From NCBI RefSeq assembly GCF_009914755.1, contig NC_060928.1: a stretch of DNA of 64,000 nucleotides; one strand, written 5' to 3'. A program made the translations under genes and the position numbers. The stretch comes from the human T2T-CHM13v2.0 reference genome, Homo sapiens. Positions within the stretch are counted from its first letter, which is position 1, and each line of letters begins with the position of its first letter. Below the pieces are notes generated by a model. The model was not told the DNA's origin. It worked only from the letters and a program-made list of their open reading frames with translations, and made no database searches. Shown piece by piece: positions 54,900 through 64,000 of the stretch.

Positions 54900-55368
54900 T
54901 TACCCTTCATCTGGGTAATAAGAGGTTAATGTTTATTTAGAAATCAATTTCTTCCCTATTTTTAGCTACACAGTTAGAATTGACTCCACTACTGATCCTA
55001 CATGTGTGGTTTGTGAGTTCAGGCTTGACTCAGAGCTTCTCCTTCTGGCCATGATAATCAGCATGAACATATGATTCGGTCAGAGACAAGAAGACACAAA
55101 GAGAATTTTGCAGGTGATTGTGAGAAATTTTTTTTCCTATTGGACTTAAATCGAGTGGGATAAAATCAACAAGAAAAATGCAGAGCTCAGTAATGTAGAA
55201 AAACTTTGTCCTATGACGTTGCTTCAGCCCTGAATCCAGCCAGACATGCCCCCAACCAGTCTTACCTTTAGACTTTTCAATTACAGGAGCCAATACATTT
55301 CCTTTTTGGTTAAGCCAAATATAGGTTGGGCTTTCTCTCACTTGCAACCAAAAGAGTTCTCATTGACA
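54900..55368 (+). mobile_element. MLT1I/J-like LTR
   Basis: gccctgaatccagcc...gacttttcaattacaggagccaatacatttcc...ttaagcca...tcacttgcaaccaaaagagttct. Confidence 0.75.
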
Positions 55369-55570
55369 TGGGCTTCTTCTTTATCTTCTTCTTTTTTTAA
55401 TTCTAAGACAAACTTGAGTGAATCTGTTTGGATGGTGGCTTGCCTATCATTGTTTTCATCTTACCCAAGTTGACCACACCCACAGAGACATGCTCTGTTA
55501 TTTTCAGTTTACTCAGATGATTTTTTTTTAACATAAAGAATTTTCTGCATAAAGAAAAGCTTTACAATGG

Positions 55571-55991
55571 TGCTTTGAGTTGAATTGTGTGGTCTCTGCA
55601 TCTCCCTTATTTGCATGTGGAAGTCCTAATTTCTAGTGCTTCAGTGTGGCCTTATTTGAAGGGTCTTTACAGAAGTAATCCAGTTGAAATGACATCATTA
55701 GGGTAGGCCCTAATCCAATATGACTGGCATTCTTATAAAAAGGGGAAATTTGAATACAGACACACATACAGGGAGAATGCCATGCGAAGATGCCGGAAGA
55801 AGATGGCCATCTGCAAGCCCAGGAGGGAGGCCTGAAACAGCACGTTCCCTCACAGCCCTCAGAAGAAAACAACCCTGTGGATACCTTGATCCTGAACTTC
55901 TAGACTGTGGAACTGAGAGACAATAATTTTCCATTGTTTAAGCCATCTAATGTGTGATACTTTATTACAGCAACGCTGGCAAATGCATACA
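55571..55991 (+). mobile_element. MLT1B-like solo LTR
   Basis: ttgaattgtgt...gggtaggccctaatccaatatgactggcattcttataaaaagggga...gccatctgcaagcccagg...ttgttttaagccatc. Confidence 0.9.
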
Positions 55992-57529
55992 ATTGGCAAA
56001 AGGGACTCGCATTAAAACCTGAGTGAGTAAATAAAAAGAAGTACAATTTTATTTGATTTAATTTGATAGAGCATTCACTACAAGTTGTTGTTATTTGTAG
56101 AGCTAGAAATGGATTAAGAAAGCACTTGGGAAAATCAAGGATGGCAAAGTTATAAACTAAATAAAGGAAGAGATTCAATGTATTTAATATTCAAAGCTGA
56201 TTTCAGGGAAGATTGCTTTTGGCAAGAAAATGAATGCGCCATATTTACAGCATGTGTGGCAATTTCTATGTTTCTATACTTCGATATTTAGAAAATTAAT
56301 GTAATGTGATATGGCATTTCATGCTTTCTTAAAATATTTCAAAACATATATTTTTCTGCAAATCCTTCAATAAAAAAACTAAGAAATTTCAGAATAATCC
56401 CAATGTTTATACATTTTCATTGCTGCCTTTCTTTAAAATCTGTCATAAAATAATCATTAAAAATTATTACAATTTTCTTGAATTATAATTGTCCTAAACC
56501 ACTTACTTTCTTTTATGGAACTACAAGAAAAAATATAAAAACGCCAGTTAAACTCTTACTTAAAGCCAAACCCCTTTACATTTAAATTCTGGACTAATAG
56601 CCAAGGATTTAGATTCAGAGGTTGGCTAATTACAAGAAAGAAAACAGAACTCTAGTGAAAGGTATCCCTATCATTTACATACATGTTTATATTAATATGT
56701 GTATATATATGTATATCCACACAGACACAAAGTATTATATAAGGTTTGTTTTAAAATGAATATATTTGATTTGAAAGGCTAAAAAAGATTACAGATCTCA
56801 GAATGTTTTGTCACAGAATAGATATGATACCTCCAAATTAAGTGGACAAATTTTTAAGTAGCCTGATCTATGAAAACTATATAAATGTAAACTTTTTCTT
56901 ACTAGATATTACATAAAATGACAGACAACTCTTTAATTTTCTTAAAACTCTGACACATTTTACAGTTGTCTGTCTTGGTGTTGGATGAAGGAGCAAAGAG
57001 AATGCTGTTTTACAGAGGTTACATTTCTCCTACTATATGACAGAGATTTTAAAAAAAGTATTGTCCTTTTGCCCTCCCTCTTCAAAGAGTGAAATCCTAC
57101 TCATAAGCAAAAATTGATTTTTTAAAAATAAAAGACGTTATTGTTTGCCCTTTCTACCAGAACTGCATGATATTGCCATGGTCTCAATTTATACTCCATA
57201 TGGTTTGTAGGAATATTTCATATAAAGTATTTGTGGGAATTCTTAGGAAAAAGATGTTTTGCCAATAGACAATAAAATACTCTTCAGTTTCCAAATTTAG
57301 AGATCAAAAGTTTTATGTGATTCGTTGCCTCTAGCATCTATTCTATTTCATGGTTTGTCATATTCTAACATTTTGCATTATTTAAAAAAATCTTTCTTAG
57401 AATGAGGCTGAATAAAGCATGCAGAATTGTCTGCTTGGAAATTGTACACATAGCATTAAACAACTTTTTAACACGTTGTTGTGTGCTTAATTCCTCGATA
57501 ATCTCATCCTAATTATTTACTGCTTTACA

Positions 57530-57870
57530 TCTTTTTATTTTTTAATTTTTTAAAATTAATACATAGTATTTTGCATATGTATGAGCTACATGTGAGTATT
57601 TGTTACCTGCATAGAATATGTAACAATCAAGTCAGGGTGTCTGGGGTGTAACTTACCTTGAGTTCTTACTTTTATGTCTTAGTAATATTCAAGTCCTCTT
57701 TTCTAGCTACCTTAAAATATACAATATATTATTACTAACTATAGTCACCCTACTCTGCTTTAGAACATTAGAACGTATTAGTACTTCTGTCTGTTTACAT
57801 CCATTTAAGAACCTGTCTTCATCCCCCTCTCCCCAACCTTCATACCCGTTCCCAGCCTCTATCCTCCACC
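57530..57870 (-). mobile_element. L1MA (about MA4-5) 3' end
   Basis: tacatgtgagtatttgttacctgcatagaat..gtaacaatcaagtcagggt...ttcaagtcctc...tctagctac...aactatagtcaccctact. Confidence 0.85.
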
Positions 57871-58269
57871 TCCCGTTCTTTTGTGTTACCCAGGGCAGTA
57901 CACAACTTCAAAGGATATAGCCTGTGTTAAATTGGAGGACACACACACAAGAACAACAACACTTTAAGGAAAAGTGTTCTTTCACTAGCGGCTTCTGAGT
58001 CTTATTAAAGGAAAATGAAGTTTCTATATAAAATGCTAGATACCCACCACAATTTCTTTCATGTGAATTACACTTGTTTTTGGTATATCTTGTGTGTGTA
58101 TGTGTGTGTGTGTGTGTGTATGCACACACCCTTTGTAAATTTGGGTTACAGAGGCAGAAATCAAAAGGTCAAACAACAGCTAGTAATTTCTCACTCTGTA
58201 TATTCTTATCACATTTCTCAAAAAGACTGTACTGTTCTATGTGATATTGATCTTGATTATTTCTGTGAA

Positions 58270-58700
58270 CACATTTTCTTAGTTAATAATATGCAGAATT
58301 CTGACTCTATTGTATCTCTTCTCTTCATTTTTGAGAATTTTAGTGCCAGAAAGGACATTTATTTTATCCAGCTGCAAACTTAAATAAGCTCTTCATTTCT
58401 CTAGGTCACTGATGGCAAATGTTAAACAAATTTACATTTGGGATTTTCTATTCATTTCCCACCCGGTTGACACTGAGCCAGTGATAACCACTCAATAGCT
58501 GTGCAGCCCTCAATAGTATGTGTGACCCATACTGTGTTTCCAGTTCATTGATGACTCTATCATGCTGGGCTAAATCTAAAATCTTGCTAAAGTCATGAGA
58601 GATCATATCTACTGTTTTCCCTTTGTGTCCCAAGAGTGACTTCCTTTGAAAAAATGTGAAAAAGAGTTTTCACTGTAGTCAGTCTAGATGTTAAAACTTT
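58270..58700 (-). mobile_element. CR1/L3 LINE reverse-transcriptase remnant
   Basis: ORF 58448-58633 GKTVDMISHDFSKILDLAQHD matches CR1 G..VDVIYLDFSKAFD.V.H. It is followed on the minus strand by ISDLE and a KFA(DD)-like motif near 58370-58415. Confidence 0.8.
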
Positions 58701-60290
58701 ATTTGAGCACGAGTTTCTGTAAAATAGAACTTGAAGATCCTGTAAAGTTAAAACATATAGGCACACTTTTTCTTCCTGGTCACTTTGGGCCTGTTCTGTA
58801 GCAGTGTCTGCCCATAATTGGTATAGTAAACTGTTCTCTAGTTATGAGCTTCTTATCAAGCTCTCAGGAGTGCATTGATTCTATTTTTGGTTAATTTTTA
58901 ATTATTTATACTTATGTCACTAAGCTGATTAAAGTGGAGAATTAACCTCAAGCTTAGCCGAGTGGCAGCTTCTCTCAGTCAAAGACAAGGATACTGACTG
59001 GTTGTCAGAATATTTGGGTTCTCTTGTCAATTACCACCCAAAGCTACATGTTCTCCAGGAAGATCCTTTACCTTTATATCAGTTTCATCATCTGAAAGGT
59101 GAAGATAACAATATGTATTTTACTGAACATGAAGGGCTTTCCCAACTATCAAATGAGATAAAATATATGTAAGTTGTTTTAACACTCTAAATATTTGAAT
59201 TATTTACTTAATAACATATTTGCATTTTTTTAGGATTCATATATTAGTAACATATTTTTCAAAATAATACCTTAAACAATATGTTTCACCATGATAAACA
59301 TTTCCAGATTCTGATTATATATTTTCTACTTTATGGCTGAGGCTATGGTTTAAAAATATATTGTGTGATATATTGCTAATAAATTAAAATTTTTTTATTC
59401 ATATGAATTGGATTGAAAAGAAATGAAAGCAAGTATTTCAGTAATTCAAGATAAAAACTACTCCCATCCAAACTCTCCAAATTTCTTTTGTGTATTTGAA
59501 ATTGACTTGGAGGACCAAAGAACTGATATTTTGATGTTGCACATAAAGGAATGGAACAATAACATCAAATTGTACTTCTGTTGAAAATATATATGTGAAA
59601 TTAAATGTTTTTGTATAATTAAATTGTTTTGTAAAAAATTTTAATCTTCTATTATTTGTGTTTTAGTCAAATTAAAGTGTGTGTGTATACCATATCCAGA
59701 GAATGTATTTCCTCTGAAGTGATCAGGAGATTTCATTTATTTCCCTATGTTACCTTGGAGAAAATTACTTTTAGAATAGGTAAAATGTAAATAAGGGGTA
59801 GTGAAATTAAATTTTTACTTGCCTATGACTTTTCCTACTATTTACTTTATATCTTATATTGTTTAAACAAGTTAAGTGGGGAAGAATAGGAATTATTTTG
59901 GGAACAGCAGAGCAGGTGAAGGTGTAGGGTTTGGGCAGCTGGTAAGACTTTAACATTTTTATCCTTCAAGTGTACTAGCCACCTTAAAATTGCAAAATCA
60001 CACTTGCCTAGAGCTTGGTAATCATCATATGTTAAAGAAACATACTTGACATCAACCTGAGATCTTTTCTTTATTTAATAATCTTAAATTTTGCTTGAAT
60101 TTGAGTTAATTTTTCATTGAAAATTTATATCTATTTTCTTCATCTGTTATGATTTTTTTTCTGAAAGTGACATTGTCTCTGTTGATAAATCTGGAAATAA
60201 AAATGTTAAGACCAGCAATGGCTATTTCTAAGTTTATTCTATAGGGAAGCAGAAATAATAGCTTGGGATTTATAATTACTTCTGAAATAA

Positions 60291-60642
<352 letters not shown>

Positions 60643-61499
60643 AGTATTTTCTACATTCTCACTTACGAGCACTTCATTGCAGTCATACCATTGGACCATG
60701 AGTAATCTTATAAATGACATACATTATTTTACAGTCCTATTAAAATTGTTTACTTTCTATTTTAGGGAAATATTTCATAAATGATTATTTCAAATCAAAG
60801 AACTTAGTGAACAGAGTAACATATCTAAAAATATGAAACTCCAGGATGCTGCCTTCTAAGGGTTGAGCAACTAATATGTTATTTATGTTACTACTTTGAG
60901 CTTTCTGTTGGGATTTTCATAATTTAGTATTATATATTGTAGAACAAAAATTAGATGGACAAGCACTCTCTTGGTCCATGTAATTTATTTTTCATCTTAT
61001 TTCAGTAGCTTTGTAGAGGACTATGGTTACAATAATAATAAAAATAAACTAATCTGAAACAATTTTAAAGATGTAAAGTTTTCCAGAGCATCAAAAGCAC
61101 GTTCTGATAGTCTACAACCACTCTAGGTGGTGTGGAAATGTATATAAACAGATAAACAAGTTTTGCATCTGGGACTTTATAATTTAAAGTGGCAGGAAAT
61201 GAAAGAAACAGGTAGGTAACAGAAAAACATGGTATTGATGTTGAATATGTTTTCCTACAGGTGTGTGTGTGTGTACGTGTACGTTTGGAAGGTGAAGAAC
61301 ATAGTGGGGAGACAGGAAGCTCAGTACTCAGGCAGATCAGCCAGATACCGTCCATGTTGCAACTAAGTTCCCATCAACACCAGGCAAGGATAAACAATAC
61401 TAGGGTTATGGATGATAACTCTAGTCATTTTAAATAGTATTTTTTCCTAATTATTAGCTGAATAATTAGAGGGAATATAAGTTTCCCTTGGGTGTCCTC

Positions 61500-61826
61500 C
61501 TAGATGCTGAAGCTAGTCACTAAGCAGGGTGCTGAGAGCTGGATGCAGGATCCAAGGGCCATCACGCTGGACCCGTCTTCACTCATGCCCCTTAGCTGAA
61601 GTGCTCAGATCCACACATATCACCGGCCAGTGAAAACAGGAATAGCCAATTGGACAGCCTACACATGGTTACCCATGGCTCCAAGTGCAAGTGCTCCAAA
61701 TTATAATGAGGAAGCTGCATCTTCTTTTCTGACCTAGCCATGCTGTGTTATCTCCCCTACATTCTTTTGGTTGTGACTCAAAAACCCACCCAGATTCAAG
61801 AGGTTAGGATATAGGCTCCATTTCTT
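61500..61826 (-). mobile_element. MLT1F/G/H-like LTR, split by an L1 (resumes about 63045-63130)
   Basis: gctggatgcaggatccaag, ggaagctgcatcttcttttctgacctagcc, cccacccagattcaagagg; after the L1, caaggtcacattgta...gccatctttggaaaa. Confidence 0.7.
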
Positions 61827-63042
61827 CTTCTTTTTTAATAACTTCAACTTTTTAGATTCAAGGGTCGTACATATGCAGGTTTGTTACACAGGTGCATTGT
61901 GTGATGCTGAGGTTTAGGGAATGGATGATCCCATCATCCAGGTGGTTATCACAGTACCCAATAGGTAGTTTTTCTACCCGTGCTTCTCTCCCTCCCTGCC
62001 ATAGTAGTCCACAGTGCCTATTGTTCCCATGTTTATGTCTATACGTACTCAGTGCTTAGCTCCCTGTTCCCATGTTTATGTCTGTATGTACTCAGTGCTT
62101 AGCTCCCTGTTCCCGTGTTTATGTCTATATGTACTCAATGCTTAGTTTTAAATGAGAACACGTGGTATTTGGTTTTTTGTTCCTGTATTAATTCATTTAG
62201 GATAATGGCCTCCAGCTGCATCCATGTTGCTGCAAAGTACATGATTTCATTCTTTTTTTATAGCTGCATAGTATCCCATGGTGTATATGTGCCACATTTT
62301 CTTTATCTAGTCCACTGTTGATGGGCATCTAGGTTGATTCCACATCTTTACTATTGTGCAGCAATGAACATAGGGGTGCATATGTCTTTTTTTTTAAACA
62401 ACTTATTTTCCTTTGGATATATACCCAATAATGGGATTGTTGGATTGAATGATAGTTCTGTTTTAAGTTCTTTGAGAAATCTCCAAACTGCTTTCCACAG
62501 TGGCTGAACTAATTTACATTCCCATTAAGAATGTATAAGCATTCTGCTTTCTCTGTAACCTTGCCAACACGTGTTGTGTTTTTGGCTTTTTAATAATAGC
62601 CATTCTGACTCATGTGAGATGGTATATCATTGTGGTTTTGATTTGCATTTCTCTGATAATGAGTGATGAGAAGCAGTTTTCCATATGTTTGTTGGCCGCT
62701 TATGTGTCTTTTGAGAAGTGTCTGTTAATGTCCTTTCCCATTTTTAAATAGGGCTGTTTGTTTTTTTGCTTGATGATTTGTGTAAGTTCCTTATAGACCC
62801 TGGATATTAGACCTTTGTTGGATGCATGGTTTGTGAATATTTTCTCCCATTCTGTAGGTTGTCTGTTTAGTCTGTTGATGGTTTCTTTTGCTGTGTGAAG
62901 TCTCTTTAGTTTAATTAGGTCCCACTTGTCGATTTTTGTTTTTGTTGCAATGACTTTTGGGAACCTAGTCATAAATTCTTTGCCAAGGTCAATGTCAAGA
63001 AGAGTATTTCCTAGGTTGTCTTCTAGGATTTTTATAGTTTGA
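61827..63042 (-). mobile_element. 5'-truncated L1PA13-16-like element
   Basis: tttagattcaaggg..tacatatgcaggtttgttaca...tgtgatgctgaggttt 3' UTR. ORF 62700-63053 is ORF2 ([11 protein letters not shown]). Degenerate TSD aggctccatttctt / agacttcacttctt. Confidence 0.9.
62022..62145. repeat. 43-bp unit tandem repeat (about 2.9 copies) inside the L1 3' end
   Basis: tgttcccatgtttatgtctatacgtactcagtgcttagctccc-like units start at 62022, 62065 and 62108. Confidence 0.92.
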
Positions 63043-63169
63043 GCAGACTTCACTTCTTAAAGGGAGACATATCAAGGTCACATTGTATATGAGACATGGG
63101 ATGGGAAATATTATAGCCATCTTTGGAAAACGTGATGTACTATGGAGCTTATGTAAGTATTTATATGCA

Positions 63170-64000
63170 CTCACATCTGAGGTAATCTCTTTCAGTCTCA
63201 TAAATTTAATTAAATGCCATATACAAACTAATGAGTTCCAAGTCTATATCTCCAGTCCTGACTTCCGCCCTGAGTTCTAGATCTATATATTCAACTGCCT
63301 ACTTGAGATTTCCACTGAATGTTATGGCAGAGATTTTTAGTTGTCTCACAACATCCAATCTTATTCTACAGTGTTATAATTTTGGATGAACACATGGTAA
63401 CTCAGAATAAAGCTTATCATTTACCCCTACCCTCACTCCTGATGTTTGGTGTAGTTATGTCACAAAATTTTGGCTAAGAGGATAAAAGGGAGTGCTGTTG
63501 GACAGCTTCTGAGACCCTTTGCTCATTCTTCTACCTTTCTCCATTCTGATGCTTGGACTAGAGCTTAATCTTGAACTAGGAGATGATGTCCACACTCCAG
63601 ATCTCATAGAGAAGAAAGTTGGAATGATTTTCTTCCTCCAGGCTCTTATGCGGAAGAGATTAAAAACTCTATCTTATTTAAGCTACCTAACTTACAGTTA
63701 AACCTAATCATTTCAGACTGGACATGGCAAAACAGAACTCCTAATTTCCCTCTGTTAATCTGCCTGTTACTTGGATGTCTTCATATTCGTAAATCACACC
63801 CATATTCACTCAATTGCTTAGAAATCTAGGAGTTACCACTAATTCCTTCCTTTCTCTTGGAGTCCACATATATGACACATGTAAATCCCAACATCTCTAC
63901 CTTTAAAAACCTAACTACTTCTACTATCATGGTTTAAGCCGACATCATCTTTTACTTAAACTACTCCTGTCCCTAACTGTGTCTCTGCTTCCACTTTTGC
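63170..64000 (+). mobile_element. L2 remnant with a probable MLT1 fragment inside (about 63330-63700)
   Basis: ccaagtctatatctccagtcctgac...ccctgagttctag..ctatatattcaactgcctacttga; later aaatctaggagt. Confidence 0.7.

Noticed and set aside
62022-62145. CRISPR-like repeat array
   Set aside because: Head-to-tail repeat with no spacers, inside a primate L1 in eukaryotic DNA.

Overview
AT-rich primate genomic DNA, most likely human, judged from AluY/AluJ and L1PA3/4 elements. I found no protein-coding exon. The long ORFs are LINE-1 fragments, and the short ORFs lie in repeats or look like chance frames. Most long L1s are on the minus strand, which suggests a large intron of a plus-strand transcript; I cannot name the locus. 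Main content: (1) a full-length, mutationally dead ~6.17-kb L1PA3/PA4 (41324-47495, minus) that keeps the 129-bp ZNF93-target segment, inserted in an MLT1A LTR; (2) many older L1, L2, MIR, CR1/L3, MaLR LTR and hAT fragments, several with readable target-site duplications (TSDs); (3) a very decayed ~1.35-kb Ty3/Gypsy pol relic (about 24880-26230, plus) with RT, RNase H and pre-integrase motifs in order across frameshifts; (4) a repeat-poor ~2-kb block (about 31900-33950) that looks like a conserved regulatory element. That block holds an ancient palindromic MITE-like relic, clustered K50-homeodomain/GATA/SOX/TCF motifs and a strong-splice-site 83-nt exon with stops in all frames. Repeat subfamily names come from recalled consensus sequences, and boundaries without a TSD are approximate.
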